DNA from: Gammaproteobacteria bacterium
GTDB taxonomy: Bacteria > Pseudomonadota > Gammaproteobacteria > Ga0077536
Assembly: GCA_963662545.2 (NCBI GenBank)
Contig: CAXXLL010000003.1
Coordinates: 2,368,001-2,432,000 of the forward strand
Length of the DNA stretch: 64,000 nucleotides
Reading direction: 5' to 3'
Under the pieces are notes generated by a model. It was given only the letters and a program-made list of their open reading frames with translations. It was not told where the DNA came from and searched no databases. The position numbers and the translations under genes are program-made. Shown piece after piece: positions 45,981 to 57,364 of this stretch (position 1 is its first letter; each line of letters begins with the position of its first letter).

Positions 45981-47636
45981 CTAGTGCGCCACCGCGCCGT
46001 CGGCGCCCAGACCGGTCATGGAACGAACGTACTGCTTGTCGAACGCCGCCGACTCTTGCATCGCCCGCTGGCTGCGGTCGAGCAAGGACACCGCGACGAT
46101 CACCACGATCGCGGCCGTCATCGAAAATAATGCCGGGTATTTGTAGGGAAAGATCGCCTCCGCATTGCCCAGGACTTCAACCCAGACAGTGGGCCCCAGT
46201 ACCACAAAGGCGGTGGCCGTGATGAGGCCCACCGACCCGCCCAGTACGGCGCCGAGCGTCGTCAGCCGCCGCCAGTAGATCGAAAGAAAGAGAATGGGGA
46301 AATTGACGCTCGCGGCGACGGCGAAAGCGAGCAATACCATGTAGGCGACGTTCTGTCCCTGAAAGGCGATCCCCAGAAATACGGCGATCAAACCCAAGCC
46401 CAGCGACGCGATGCGCGATACATCTACGATTTCTCTCTCCGTCGCTCGGCCCTCGCGGATGACATTGGCGTACAGATCGTGGGCGATCGCCGAAGCTCCG
46501 GACAGCGTCAGGCCGGCGACGACTGCGAGGATGGTCGCGAAAGCAACGGCTGAGATGAAGCCCAGGAAAAAATCTCCCGCCGTCGCATGCGCCAGGTGAA
46601 TGGCCGCCATGTTGTCGCCGCCACGCAGGGCGTCACCCGTCGCCACGAGGTATGCCGGATTCTGTGATACCAAAACGACTGCCCCGAATCCGAGGATGAA
46701 CGTGAGCAGATAGAAGTAGCCGATGAGCCCCGTGGCAACGAAGACCGACTTGCGCGCTTCGCGCGCGTCGGGAACGGTAAAAAAACGCATCAGGATGTGC
46801 GGCAGGCCGGCCGTACCGAACATCAGCGCGACGCCAAGCGAAATGGCCGAGATGGGATCCGGCACCAGCCCCCCGGGAAGCAGGGCGTCGCGGCCGGCCG
46901 CATGGACGTCGATCGCTTGAGCGAATAAGGCTTCGAGCGAAAAATCTAACCGCGATAGCACTAGGAATGCGAGTATCGTCGCGCCGAACAGCAGCAGGGC
47001 CGCCTTGATGATCTGCACCCAGGTCGTTGCGATCATGCCGCCGAAACTGACGTAGACCACCATCAATACGCCGACGAGTAGAACGGCCGCGTGGTAGGGC
47101 AGGCCGAACAGAATCTGGATGAGGGTGCCCGCGCCCACGAGTTGCGCGATGAGATATAGGAGGACGACCGCAAGCGTGCCGCAGGCCGAGAGTATTCGAA
47201 TCGGTTTTGCGCTAAGCCTGTAACTCACGACGTCCGCAAAGGTGTATTTACCGAGGTTCCGCAGGCGCTCGGCGAGCAGAAAAAGCACGATCGGCCAGCC
47301 GGCAAGCGCCCCGACCGCGTAGATCAGGCCATCGAAACCGCTGGTGTAGACCAGACCCGATATGCCTAGAAACGAGGCCGCCGACATGTAGTCTCCGGCG
47401 ATCGCAAATCCGTTCTGCGTCCCGGTAATGGTGCTTCCTGCCGCGTAGTAATCCTTGGTCGTGCGAGTATGTTTGGCGGCCCACCAGGTGATCCCGAGTG
47501 TGGCAAGGACGAAGACGAGGAACATCGCGATCGCGGTAAAGTTCACCGCGCCGGCGCCCTCTTCGAGTTTCCCGGCGCCTGTGGCGGCCGCGGCGCTCGA
47601 CAAGGCGAGCCCGGCCGCGATGGCGGCTGTCTTCAT
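45981..47636 (-). CDS. actP: Cation/acetate symporter ActP (SSS family)
   Basis: [49 protein letters not shown]. Confidence 0.93.
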   Translation of the reverse strand: MKTAAIAAGLALSSAAAATGAGKLEEGAGAVNFTAIAMFLVFVLATLGITWWAAKHTRTTKDYYAAGSTITGTQNGFAIAGDYMSAASFLGISGLVYTSGFDGLIYAVGALAGWPIVLFLLAERLRNLGKYTFADVVSYRLSAKPIRILSACGTLAVVLLYLIAQLVGAGTLIQILFGLPYHAAVLLVGVLMVVYVSFGGMIATTWVQIIKAALLLFGATILAFLVLSRLDFSLEALFAQAIDVHAAGRDALLPGGLVPDPISAISLGVALMFGTAGLPHILMRFFTVPDAREARKSVFVATGLIGYFYLLTFILGFGAVVLVSQNPAYLVATGDALRGGDNMAAIHLAHATAGDFFLGFISAVAFATILAVVAGLTLSGASAIAHDLYANVIREGRATEREIVDVSRIASLGLGLIAVFLGIAFQGQNVAYMVLLAFAVAASVNFPILFLSIYWRRLTTLGAVLGGSVGLITATAFVVLGPTVWVEVLGNAEAIFPYKYPALFSMTAAIVVIVAVSLLDRSQRAMQESAAFDKQYVRSMTGLGADGAVAH

Positions 47637-47652
47637 GCCGAAGGCCACGGGA

Positions 47653-47970
47653 TCAGCGGCTGCGCTCCAGGCGCTTGATGATGGCTTCGTTGTCGCGATC
47701 GAATTCGCCGTTGGCGCGATGCACGTAGATAGCAGTGAGGATGAAACCGAGCACGATGATCGAAACGCCGGCGGGGATGCCCCAGGTGATCACGGTGTCT
47801 GGTCCGAGGGGGATTGCGAAAACCCGGGGTGCGAAGGCGATCACCCCAATGAACGCGAAATAAACCGTAAACATGATTGCCGCCAGCGTCCAACTGAAGC
47901 GGCTGCGCCGGCGTTGCAAAGCCTGGAACTCCGCGTCCTCGAAGATCTTCTCGTAGAAGTCGTCCATCAT
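47653..47970 (-). CDS. yjcH: DUF485 / YjcH membrane partner of ActP
   Basis: [23 protein letters not shown]; directly upstream of actP. Confidence 0.9.
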   Translation of the reverse strand: MMDDFYEKIFEDAEFQALQRRRSRFSWTLAAIMFTVYFAFIGVIAFAPRVFAIPLGPDTVITWGIPAGVSIIVLGFILTAIYVHRANGEFDRDNEAIIKRLERSR

Positions 47971-48040
47971 CGTGAGTCGACAGTTCGATCGAACCAGTGG
48001 CCGGTTCAGTTGCGAAACGCGTTTGGCAGTTGCGGCTTTA

Positions 48041-49198
48041 TTACCAGAGCCTGGCACTCGCGAGGCGTGCGCCCGCAGCCAGGGACTCGAATTTCTTCCA
48101 CACGACCGATTCGGCCACCATCTCCCAACCGGCAAATGTGCCGAATCCGCAATCGGCGCCTGCGATCACTCGCTCTTTGTCCCCGGCGGCATCGACCGCT
48201 TCGAGGATCCGGTTGCAAATGACCTGTGGATGTTCGATGTAATTGACGGTGGAGTCGATCACTCCCGGTATGAGCAGCGTGTCCGGCGGGACGGGGCACT
48301 CCTTGAGGGCGGCATATTCGTGCTGATGGCGGGGATTGGCAAATTCGATAGAAAAAGCACCGACCCTGGCTTCCCGGATGATCGGAAAGATGTCGGCCAG
48401 CGGTACATCTCGGTCGTGCGGCCCGTCGTAGTTGCCCCAGCATACGTGTAAACGGATGCGATCAGGTGGAATATTCTCGCAAGCCTCGTTGATCGCGTCG
48501 ATGTGGATAGCAATGGCATCTTGAAATTCTTTCAGTGTGTGGTGCTGAAACATTCCATGCCATTCCATTGCGAGATCCGGGCAATCCAGTTGCAGCAGGT
48601 AGCCCCGTTCGTAGATCAGTTCGTATTCCTTCTTCATTTCTCGCCCCACGGCGCGAACGTAAGCTTCATGAGAATCGTAATACTGATTACCCATCGTAGT
48701 GCACACGATGCCAGGGCATGCGGCGGTCATGAACGGTTCGACATATTTTCCGCTCACGTCTGCGAGCGCCGCGTCGAACATGTCGCACTCGCGTTTTGCC
48801 GGCTCCAGATCGGAGTACCGAACCTCGGCGTCCGCCGCAGGCGCATCGAACACTTTCGACATCACCATGCCACGGTTTGACCAGATTTCTGCAAAATCTG
48901 GAAAATTTGCGAAATCGGTAAACGGATCGCGCGCACTGATCCCGCCGAAGCCTTCGAGTCGTTGCCCGACATAGGTTTGAAATCCAACCCGCGGTTGCTC
49001 GCCGTCGTTGATAACGTCAAGGTGCGCATCCGTCTGCTTGCGGACGCTGTTTTTGACACCCTGATCGGCGAGTTGATCGAGGCGCGCCGCGTCGACGGGG
49101 CGTCCATCCTCGGCTGCGATCAGAAGATCCGACAGCTCGCGGATCCTCGGCAGACTGCCGACGTGCGTAGTCAGAATTCGGTCTTGGCTGGATTTCAT
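48041..49198 (-). CDS. Cobalamin-independent methionine synthase II family protein (MetE C-terminal half / epoxyalkane:CoM transferase-like)
   Basis: ILTTHVGSLPR, NDGEQ, LQLDCP, HVCWGN, DCGFG. Confidence 0.88.
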   Translation of the reverse strand: MKSSQDRILTTHVGSLPRIRELSDLLIAAEDGRPVDAARLDQLADQGVKNSVRKQTDAHLDVINDGEQPRVGFQTYVGQRLEGFGGISARDPFTDFANFPDFAEIWSNRGMVMSKVFDAPAADAEVRYSDLEPAKRECDMFDAALADVSGKYVEPFMTAACPGIVCTTMGNQYYDSHEAYVRAVGREMKKEYELIYERGYLLQLDCPDLAMEWHGMFQHHTLKEFQDAIAIHIDAINEACENIPPDRIRLHVCWGNYDGPHDRDVPLADIFPIIREARVGAFSIEFANPRHQHEYAALKECPVPPDTLLIPGVIDSTVNYIEHPQVICNRILEAVDAAGDKERVIAGADCGFGTFAGWEMVAESVVWKKFESLAAGARLASARLW

Positions 49199-49331
49199 GG
49201 GTCCCCCAATCGGGGCGGCTGCCGCGGCCCCCGGCGCTTGTGAGCGCTCGTTTCCCTCTAGCGCTCGCGGTCGCTAAGTGTACACGCTCGTTACTGCCAG
49301 GCACATCACGCAGAGACCCGCCCAATGCCGA

Positions 49332-49358
49332 TAAAGCCCGGGAATTTCCGGCCGATAA
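49332..49358 (+). promoter_or_regulatory. Sigma28 (FliA) consensus promoter
   Basis: TAAA-N15-GCCGATAA exact match, 60 nt upstream of the kinase start. Confidence 0.75.
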
Positions 49359-49418
49359 AAGGGAACTGATACCGATTTGGAAACGCCCTAGCACGCGTGA
49401 AGCCCAGGAGCAAAGCCC

Positions 49419-52196
49419 TTGCCCGACCCGACGACGACCGCGCCCATCGATGACCGAATGCAGAAATCGCGGGCCGATCTTCTAGCCCGCTCGGCGCCCG
49501 GCGCCCTGCTGTTCACGATTGCGCTGACCGCCTTGATCAGCGCGGTCCTTTGGCCGCTGGTTGCGCACACGTGGATCCTCGCATGGGCACTCTACATGGG
49601 CGGCGTGAGCCTGGCGCGCTACCTGCAGATACGCTCCTATGCCGCTGCCACCGCCGACGCGGACGCTGTGCGGTCGTTCAACAAGTGGTTCGTCGTTGGC
49701 GTGCTAAGCGCAGGCGTCGGCTGGGGCGCCGCCGGCGCCTTCTTGTTTCCACCTGATGACCTCGTTTATCAAAGTTTTCTCTCCTTTATCCTCGCCGGAA
49801 TAACGGCAGCATCGGTCACGGTTTACGGTCCCGTCAAACGCGCACTGCGCCTCTTCGTGCTGGTCGCTCTCCTGCCGCTGGCCGCGAGTCATTTCGTAGG
49901 TGCCGACCAGATACACATCGTGATGGGTGCGGCCGTTACGTGTTACATGATCTTTCTTTACCATCTTGCTTCCATCATGCACGAGTCATTGATGCGGTCA
50001 CTGACCCGGCGCTTCGAAAATGAAGATCTGATCAACGAGCTTCAAGTCGCGAAACATTTAGCGGAAGACACAAATCAAAAATTGAAAGCCGAAATCTCCA
50101 TACGCAACAGGAGTGCAAGCGAACTCATGGAAGCGCGGGACAAAGCGCAGCAGGCTACTCGGGTAAAAAGCGATTTTCTCGCGACCATGAGCCACGAAAT
50201 AAGAACGCCGATGAATGGCGTGCTGGGGATGACCGAACTGTTGATGAATACCGAACTGACCGCTAAGCAGTATCGGTTCGCCGATACCATCCGGCGGTCC
50301 GGCGAAGCGCTGCTGGCCATCATCAACGATATCCTGGACTTCTCCAAAATCGAGGCGGGCAAGCTTGAAATTCAGCATACGGTGTTCGATCTGCGCCAGC
50401 TCGTCGAGGACACGATGGCCTTTTTCGCCGAATCCGCCCATCGCAAGAAGATCGAGCTCGTTACAATGTATCCGCCCGAAGAACACGCCGCCTATCGCGG
50501 TGATCCGCAACGTATTCGGCAGATCCTGATGAATCTGATCGCCAATGCGATCAAATTCACGGACCGCGGCGAGATTGTCGTCAAGGTCGCGACCCTTCAG
50601 CAAAGTGAAGAAAGCAGCACCCTTAAATTCGAGGTCGCCGATACCGGCGTCGGTATCAAGAATGACCATCAAGGACGCATCTTCGACTCGTTTCAGCAGG
50701 CCGACGGCTCGACCACCCGAAAATTCGGCGGCACAGGGCTTGGTCTCGCCATCTGCCGCCGCCTGGTTGAGTTGATGCATGGCTCGATTGGCGTAGAAAG
50801 CCGGGAGAACGTCGGTTCGACATTCTGGTTTTCGATCGAGCTCAGCACGATGCCGGAGTCGAGCATCAGCGGCCAGATCAAACCCGACCTCGATCTGAGC
50901 GGGATTCGCGTACTTGTCGTCGACGGTAACGAGACGAGTCGCGACATCCTCAAACACCAACTGAGTAACTGGGACATGAAATTCCATGCCGCGAGTTCCG
51001 CCGCGCATGCCATGAAATACTTGAAGAAGGGTGCAGATCTCGGCAAGACGTTCGATCTGACCATCATCGATCACCAGCTCCCCGACAGCGACGGCGTTGA
51101 CCTCGCGAGGCGAATCAAAAGCGATTCCGCGATCGCCGACACTCGGTTGATCATGTTGAGCTCGATCGATCAACTTGATCAGACCGGGCAATGGTATCTG
51201 GCCGGAATCGAGGTCTACATCAACAAACCCATACGCCAGGTCGAGCTCTACGACGCTGTCTCGAATGCGTTGAGCGAATGTGGACCAGGCTCGACAAGCC
51301 AGCCGCAGCGACGAACGAGCAAAAAGGCGCTCGCCGAAAAACAGAGCCACGAAATCGGTGCCCACGTACTCCTCGCGGAAGACAATCCGGTCAACAAAGA
51401 ACTGGCGAGAGCCATGCTCGAGGATCTCGGCTGCACCATCGTAGTGGTCGGCGATGGCCGCGAGGCAGTCGAAGCCATCGCCGAAGCGCCTCTGGACCGT
51501 AAACAACGGCGCTATGACGTAGTATTGATGGACTGTCAGATGCCCCGGATGGACGGCTTCGAGGCGACGCTCGCGATCCGACAGTGGGAAGCGGACAACG
51601 GCGAGGACACGCCGCTGCCCATCGTCGCCGTGACCGCCAACGCAATGGAAGGCGATCGGGACCGGTGTCTGGCCGCGGGCATGAGCGACTACCTGAGCAA
51701 ACCGTTTGGCCGGGAGCAGCTCGCCAAGATCGTCAAACGCTGGATGACGGTCGACGTCGAGATGACCCATCTCGCAAAACAGCGGGAACAAAAGAGATCC
51801 GCGTTGCCGGTACGCGAAAATTCGAGCGCCGATGTGCTGGCGGATCTCGACCATGCCGCATTGAACAATATTCGCGCTCTGCTGAGGGACGGTTCGAATG
51901 CAATACTCGCCAAAATCATCGGCATGTATCTGACCAATTCACCGATACTTCTGGGAAAGCTTCAGGAAGCCGCCGTCTCCGGCAACGGCGAATTGATGCG
52001 TGCGTCCGCGCACAGTCTTAAATCGGCCAGCGCCAACCTCGGTGCGTCCCGGCTCGCCGAATTATGCGAGGAACTCGAAGACTTTGGCCGTAATGACAAT
52101 GCAATCAGTTCGCTTGCTACCTTGGGTATCGTCGAGTTCGAGTTCGAAGCGGTCTGCAATGCCTTGAGCCTGGAGCTGGATGACAAGGCCGCTTGA
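49419..52196 (+). CDS. Membrane hybrid sensor histidine kinase (TM-HisKA-HATPase-REC-REC-HPt)
   Basis: [54 protein letters not shown]. Confidence 0.95.
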   Translation: MPDPTTTAPIDDRMQKSRADLLARSAPGALLFTIALTALISAVLWPLVAHTWILAWALYMGGVSLARYLQIRSYAAATADADAVRSFNKWFVVGVLSAGVGWGAAGAFLFPPDDLVYQSFLSFILAGITAASVTVYGPVKRALRLFVLVALLPLAASHFVGADQIHIVMGAAVTCYMIFLYHLASIMHESLMRSLTRRFENEDLINELQVAKHLAEDTNQKLKAEISIRNRSASELMEARDKAQQATRVKSDFLATMSHEIRTPMNGVLGMTELLMNTELTAKQYRFADTIRRSGEALLAIINDILDFSKIEAGKLEIQHTVFDLRQLVEDTMAFFAESAHRKKIELVTMYPPEEHAAYRGDPQRIRQILMNLIANAIKFTDRGEIVVKVATLQQSEESSTLKFEVADTGVGIKNDHQGRIFDSFQQADGSTTRKFGGTGLGLAICRRLVELMHGSIGVESRENVGSTFWFSIELSTMPESSISGQIKPDLDLSGIRVLVVDGNETSRDILKHQLSNWDMKFHAASSAAHAMKYLKKGADLGKTFDLTIIDHQLPDSDGVDLARRIKSDSAIADTRLIMLSSIDQLDQTGQWYLAGIEVYINKPIRQVELYDAVSNALSECGPGSTSQPQRRTSKKALAEKQSHEIGAHVLLAEDNPVNKELARAMLEDLGCTIVVVGDGREAVEAIAEAPLDRKQRRYDVVLMDCQMPRMDGFEATLAIRQWEADNGEDTPLPIVAVTANAMEGDRDRCLAAGMSDYLSKPFGREQLAKIVKRWMTVDVEMTHLAKQREQKRSALPVRENSSADVLADLDHAALNNIRALLRDGSNAILAKIIGMYLTNSPILLGKLQEAAVSGNGELMRASAHSLKSASANLGASRLAELCEELEDFGRNDNAISSLATLGIVEFEFEAVCNALSLELDDKAA

Positions 52197-52293
52197 GGCT
52201 GAACTGATTCGCTAGGGTAGTATCCATCGCAGGCTGAACCTCTTCAGCGGCCATGGGTCCAAAGTCGCAATGCTCGCCCGCTCGCCGTCAAGA

Positions 52294-52848
52294 ATGAATG
52301 CTCTTCGCGTCGCCACCGTTGTCGGCCTTCTCGGCCTCGCAGCCGCGCTCGTGACCGCAACCGGGGCGCCTGCGCTCGGCCAACAGATCGGGATCCCGGC
52401 GCCCGAATTCACCCAAACCGAGCCCGACTCGTGGTTGAACAGCGCGCCGCTAACGCTTAGCGATCTCCAGGGCCAGGTTGTGCTGGTCGATTTCTGGACG
52501 TTTGACTGTTGGAACTGCTATCGCTCGATTCCCTGGCTGAAAGCGCTCGAAGAACGGTTCAAGGCCGATCCCTTCACGGTGATCGGTATCCATACGCCCG
52601 AGTTCGATCACGAACGCAAGCTTGGCAACGTACGCGCCAAGGTGGCCGAATTCGAACTCACCCATCCCGTCATGATCGACAATGATTTTTCATACTGGCG
52701 TGCGATGGGTAATCGGTACTGGCCGGCGTTTTACCTGATCGACAAGCAGGGCGTGGTACGTAAGGCGTTCGTCGGGGAAACCCATGTCGGGGATTCCCAG
52801 GCCCGGCGAATTCAACATGCCGTATCCGAATTGTTGACTGAAAAATAG
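52294..52848 (+). CDS. Exported redoxin/thioredoxin-like protein (DipZ C-terminal-like)
   Basis: VLVDFWTFDCWNC, GIHTPEF, NRYWPAFYLIDK. Confidence 0.88.
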   Translation: MNALRVATVVGLLGLAAALVTATGAPALGQQIGIPAPEFTQTEPDSWLNSAPLTLSDLQGQVVLVDFWTFDCWNCYRSIPWLKALEERFKADPFTVIGIHTPEFDHERKLGNVRAKVAEFELTHPVMIDNDFSYWRAMGNRYWPAFYLIDKQGVVRKAFVGETHVGDSQARRIQHAVSELLTEK

Positions 52849-53034
52849 AATCCTACGGAATTGTCCGACGCTATCGACACTGTTAGCTCGCGACGCAGGG
52901 TCCTACTACTCCGCATACTGCCCCGTATCGACGCCCGGTCGCTTGACTTGTCACCCTGGTTTGGTGACTCTCGCCCCGTTTCGCTGATCCTGCCGTAGAC
53001 GCAGGGCGTCGAATATTGCGAACACGGGAGGGCT

Positions 53035-53295
53035 AGCCCGCCTATTGCATAAAGGCGGCCGCGGCGCTCAGAGAAGTTGTTGAGCAAACAGGATTATTTA
53101 GGCCATTTGGCAATGTTCGAGCCAATCGCAACTTGTACCGCCGCTTGCGGCCTACGACGGCGCCGGCTGGTCCATGCGCGCCTGGACTCAGGTCAAGCTC
53201 TCGCCATAGCTACAGCTCAGACTCGAGCTCCAGACTGGCGTCCAGACGCTCCTGTCCTGCGCCAGCACCGCCGTCCTTCATGCAATAGGCGGGCT
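53035..53295. mobile_element. 261-bp element bounded by 16-bp perfect inverted repeats (MITE-like)
   Basis: agcccgcctattgcat (53035..53050) / atgcaataggcgggct (53280..53295); match extends imperfectly to ~26 bp. Confidence 0.7.
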
Positions 53296-53300
53296 CTCTA

Positions 53301-55004
53301 ATGACCGGACTGTTGTCCAAATCACGCATCGTCGCGAAACCCGGTTTCAATCGCTGGCTGATAGCACCCGCGGCGCTGGGTATTCACTTGTGTATTGGTT
53401 CGGTCTACGCCTGGAGCCTGTTCAACCCCGCATTGGTCAAACGAATCGGCGTCGTCACCAGTGCTGCAGACGATTGGTCGCTAAAGAGCGTTGTCTGGAT
53501 CTTCACCGTGGCGATCGTTTTCCTGGGCCTGTCCGCGGCGATCGCGGGTAAGTGGCTGGAGCAGGTCGGTCCGCGCATGGTCGGCGTCGTGTCCGCGTGT
53601 TGCTGGGGCGGCGGTTTCATCGTCGGTGGCGTCGGGATCATTACCGGACAATTGTGGCTGATCTACTTCGGCTACGGGGTGATCGGCGGCTGCGGTCTGG
53701 GTCTCGGATATGTGTCCCCGGTCGGCACGTTGATCCGCTGGTTTCCGGACCGGCGCGGCATGGCCACCGGCATCGCCATCATGGGCTTTGGCGGCGGTGC
53801 CATGCTCGGCAAGCCGATGATCGACGGCTTTCTACGCCTCTACTACGAAGCCCCTCAGTATCTCGGGACCGTCGATACCCTGAACCTCGTCACCGAAGCC
53901 GGGCGGCGCATGGCCGAAGTTGGCGGCCAGCTTCGAGAAGTCGTCGTCGTCGGCGCCAACGACACGGCGAATATGATTGTCGAAGGGCCTGCGGGCGTAT
54001 ACCTCGTCGATTCCGGTACGGTTGGCGCCGCGCAGACGTTCTTTACCCTGGGCGGCATCTATTTCGTAATCATGCTCATCGCCGCCTTTTCGTACCGCCT
54101 GCCAGCTGCCGGATGGAAGCCCGCGCATTGGGAACCACCGAGTGAAGATGCCGAGCAGAGCGCAATGATCACGCGCCACGATGTGGACATCGACCAAGCG
54201 CTGAAAACACCCCAGTTCTACCAGCTCTGGATCGTATTGTGTTTCAACGTGACCGCCGGCATCGGCGTGCTGGCGGTGGCGAAGACCATGATGACCGAGA
54301 TCTTTGGGACCACCCTTCCCGGTAGAGTCGATCTGGAGTTTGCCGCAACCTACGTGCTGATGATCAGCCTGTTCAACATGATCGGGCGCTTCCTGTGGGC
54401 GAGCGCTTCAGACTACATGGGCCGGAAGAATACCTACCATATTTTTTTCGGATTGGGGATCCTGCTCTACTGCTCGATCCCGTATTTTGCGCAGCAGGTC
54501 AGCGTAAACCCCTCTGTGGTCTGGCTGGTGGGATTCTACGCGGCGACGATGCTCATCTTCACCATGTACGGCGGCGGTTTCGCGACGATCCCCGCCTACC
54601 TCGCGGACGTCTTCGGCACGCGTTACGTCGGCGGCATCCACGGGCGCTTGTTAACCGCCTGGAGCACGGCCGGCGTGCTCGGCCCGCTGGCGATTACAAG
54701 CTTGCGTGAGAACGCCGTCACCAAAGCCCTGTCGGATCTCTCAGCCCGCGTCGAACCGGAACAGTTTCGCGCGAGCTTTGGCGCCGGCGTCGATCAGCTC
54801 GAGCAGTTGGTAGCGGCCAAGACCGTCACGATCTCGAACCTCATGGAGATTGCGCCGCCCGGCACGACAGATCCGACGTCGGGTTTGTACAACCAGACCA
54901 TGTACCTGATGGCCTTCCTGTTGTTGCTCGCTTTGATCGCTAACGCTCTGATGAAGCCGGTCAATGCGAAACATCACATGGCTGAGACGCCCGCCAACAC
55001 CTGA
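53301..55004 (+). CDS. OFA-family (oxalate/formate antiporter-like) MFS transporter
   Basis: HLCIGSVYAWS, WFPDRRGMATG..MGFGGGA, YGGGFATIPAY, HGRLLTAWS. Confidence 0.92.
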   Translation: MTGLLSKSRIVAKPGFNRWLIAPAALGIHLCIGSVYAWSLFNPALVKRIGVVTSAADDWSLKSVVWIFTVAIVFLGLSAAIAGKWLEQVGPRMVGVVSACCWGGGFIVGGVGIITGQLWLIYFGYGVIGGCGLGLGYVSPVGTLIRWFPDRRGMATGIAIMGFGGGAMLGKPMIDGFLRLYYEAPQYLGTVDTLNLVTEAGRRMAEVGGQLREVVVVGANDTANMIVEGPAGVYLVDSGTVGAAQTFFTLGGIYFVIMLIAAFSYRLPAAGWKPAHWEPPSEDAEQSAMITRHDVDIDQALKTPQFYQLWIVLCFNVTAGIGVLAVAKTMMTEIFGTTLPGRVDLEFAATYVLMISLFNMIGRFLWASASDYMGRKNTYHIFFGLGILLYCSIPYFAQQVSVNPSVVWLVGFYAATMLIFTMYGGGFATIPAYLADVFGTRYVGGIHGRLLTAWSTAGVLGPLAITSLRENAVTKALSDLSARVEPEQFRASFGAGVDQLEQLVAAKTVTISNLMEIAPPGTTDPTSGLYNQTMYLMAFLLLLALIANALMKPVNAKHHMAETPANT

Positions 55005-55271
55005 GGAACCCCCGGATCGCCAAGATCGGTCCGCCGAGGTCGGCGTCCGGGCGGTTGCTGGTAGCGCTGAAGTCTCTGAATTAGATTCAATAGTTTGCAA
55101 CGACGTCGGACACCCGCTTCGTAACACATCGTTAAATGAACCCGAATTGGTAATCCGTCACGGGCCGGCGCGGACCGCCGAACTAAGGTCCACCTCCAGA
55201 TTTATCGTCTCAGCAAGGTTCGCCGCGCGCTGGGAATACTCAGCTTCGTTAAATTTCGGGATAGACCTTCG

Positions 55272-55979
55272 ATGATAAACAAAATCAGATGCCTCGCCTT
55301 ATTGGCCGGCCTGCTCACGATGGGCAGCGCCCACGCGACGCTGTGGGACATCGTGGGCGTCCTCGGTTGCAGCAGTGGATTCTGCGCCTCCCTGTTTCAC
55401 GAATCTTCGGGCGGCAATCCGATGTCGGGAGCGAATGTCGGTGACATCACCGGCGTTTCGGGAACAACCGGCGCCTTGAATCAGTATGATGATTCGACCA
55501 AGAGTTTCGACGGCGGATTCACCCTTTCGAACGCCGGCGGCAACACCACCGTTAGAATGACCGGCAGCCTGTCCTTCGATGCCGGGACCGGCCTGATGAA
55601 TGTCGTGTCGAGCCTGAAGACGATCTTTGACGTAACCCCCTTGTATTCGGCGACGCCTGGATTTACGCCGCCTGAAGGCGATACGCTCTTTTTCGACCTG
55701 GGATGGCAGTGTTGCGGTGGAACCGATTTCGACCCAAATTCGTTCAAGGTATCGGGCTCTCCCTTTCCCGTCGGCGGCATGGTGATGACGATCTGGGGCG
55801 CCAATGGCTGGGACGGCAGCGGCTGGCCGGGTTCTAATCTGGGCGTCGATCTGAGACTGTTGCTGGTCGAAAATCCGACCCAGCCGCCGAGCACCGGCGT
55901 CCCCGAGCCCAGCAGCCTGGCCTTGATGGCCCTCGGCATGGCAGGCATCGGTCTGCAACGCTTCCGCGTGCGGGTTTGA
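55272..55979 (+). CDS. PEP-CTERM sorting-domain surface protein
   Basis: Signal peptide (SAHA); C-terminal VPEPSSLALMALGMAGIGLQRFRVRV. Confidence 0.92.
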   Translation: MINKIRCLALLAGLLTMGSAHATLWDIVGVLGCSSGFCASLFHESSGGNPMSGANVGDITGVSGTTGALNQYDDSTKSFDGGFTLSNAGGNTTVRMTGSLSFDAGTGLMNVVSSLKTIFDVTPLYSATPGFTPPEGDTLFFDLGWQCCGGTDFDPNSFKVSGSPFPVGGMVMTIWGANGWDGSGWPGSNLGVDLRLLLVENPTQPPSTGVPEPSSLALMALGMAGIGLQRFRVRV

Positions 55980-55998
55980 CCCGGCACGGAATCGTCCC

Positions 55999-56039
55999 GG
56001 TGGGTCGCGCGTACGGCGCGCGGCCCGTCAACTTTTTTT
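55999..56039 (+). terminator. Rho-independent terminator
   Basis: gggtcgcgcg-tacgg-cgcgcggccc hairpin followed by a T7 run. Confidence 0.65.
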
Positions 56040-56109
56040 GTAGCCCAGAATTCTCATTATCCTCCCGCGGCGCGCGCCTTTTCGCTCGCCCGCCGATGCG
56101 ATCCCGCGG

Positions 56110-56964
56110 TCAAGGGGAACCCGCCCCCGGCACCTCGACCCGGCAGGTTTCAACCCGGGCTTTCTTCGCGCCGGACGCGACCTCTTCGATTTCGCCTTCG
56201 TAAGTCAACGCGAACAGGGTGCGGCCGTCCGCGCCACCCAGATTGCAGGCCACCGCGCGCTTGCCCGGGACTTCGATACGATGGGAGACGTCCCCGCCCT
56301 CCATGACGCGAATGAATTCACCGCTCATGAAGCAGGCGACCCAGATCGCACCCTCCTGGTCGAGGCAGATGCCGTCCGGTGTCCGCTCACCGAGGTCGGC
56401 CCATACGCGCCGGTTCGTCAGGCGGCCGTCGCCCGCGCGGTCGAATGCTGTCAGCACGTTGCCGAAGGTCTCGGCACAGATCAGCGTTTTACCGTCGCCG
56501 GTAATGACGGTGCCGTTCGGAAAATTCATATCGGACGCAGCGATCCGAATCGCACGCTCCGGCGTGACCAGAACCAGGTTGGCGAGGGCCGGATCGGCGC
56601 CGTTCATGAGATCGAACCCGAAATTTCCGACGTAGATATTGCCGTCGCCATCGACGATCGAGTCATTGATATCCGCCGACACCAGCGACGACAGATCAGC
56701 ATAGTCCGAGAGCACGCCTTCGCCATCGACTTTCACCAGCTTACGGTCGCCCATTGAAACCACCACGAGGGTTCCATCCGGGAGAAAATTGAGGCCTGAG
56801 GGGCGCTCCGGAATTTCTGCGATGACCGTGCGCTCGCCCGCCTCGGTAAGCGTGTAAATGGTGTGTCCCCACATGTCCGACACCCACAATTTGCCATCGT
56901 GCCAGCGCGGCCCTTCGAGAAAAACAAAACCTTCGGCCAGTATTTCGAGCTCGGCGTTGCCCAT
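56110..56964 (-). CDS. SMP-30/gluconolactonase/LRE family protein
   Basis: FLEGPRW, NDSIVD, FPNG, PDGICLD. Confidence 0.92.
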   Translation of the reverse strand: MGNAELEILAEGFVFLEGPRWHDGKLWVSDMWGHTIYTLTEAGERTVIAEIPERPSGLNFLPDGTLVVVSMGDRKLVKVDGEGVLSDYADLSSLVSADINDSIVDGDGNIYVGNFGFDLMNGADPALANLVLVTPERAIRIAASDMNFPNGTVITGDGKTLICAETFGNVLTAFDRAGDGRLTNRRVWADLGERTPDGICLDQEGAIWVACFMSGEFIRVMEGGDVSHRIEVPGKRAVACNLGGADGRTLFALTYEGEIEEVASGAKKARVETCRVEVPGAGSP

Positions 56965-56979
56965 AATTCCTCCTCGTGG

Positions 56980-57357
56980 TCAATCGTCATCCAGGCCGAA
57001 CAGCTGATCGAGTTCGGCGCGTCCGGCATCCCCGTCTGTTGCGGCGGTAGAATCCGATTCGGTACCGAACAGTAGGTCGAGTTCGGCTCGCGACCTGGTG
57101 GCTTCGTCGTTCGACTTCGCCCGGTAGGCGTTCGGCGATGGCTTGAAATAATCGCAGAAGTTCGCGCGTATCTTGTTCGTTACCTGGGCGGCGATGGGCT
57201 CGTCACACGCGTCCGCAACCGAAGGGTTATAGAACACGCACAGCTTGCATACATGCAGGTCTGCGTCGCACTCACCGCACACTTCCTCGCGCTGCAACGG
57301 GAAAAGATCGTCGTCAAGATCCGCACCGCAGCGCCAACATGAGATCACACCATCCAC
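56980..57357 (-). CDS. Cys-rich conserved hypothetical protein
   Basis: CWRC, CGECDADLHVCKLC, RANFCDYF. Confidence 0.75.
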   Translation of the reverse strand: MDGVISCWRCGADLDDDLFPLQREEVCGECDADLHVCKLCVFYNPSVADACDEPIAAQVTNKIRANFCDYFKPSPNAYRAKSNDEATRSRAELDLLFGTESDSTAATDGDAGRAELDQLFGLDDD

Positions 57358-57364
57358 GAGATTT

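Noticed and set aside
50058-51854. 598-aa minus-strand ORF
   Set aside because: Antisense shadow of the hybrid histidine kinase, expected at high GC.
55005-55271. Expected sigma54/enhancer motif upstream of the PEP-CTERM gene
   Set aside because: No TGGCAC-N5-TTGC match could be found.
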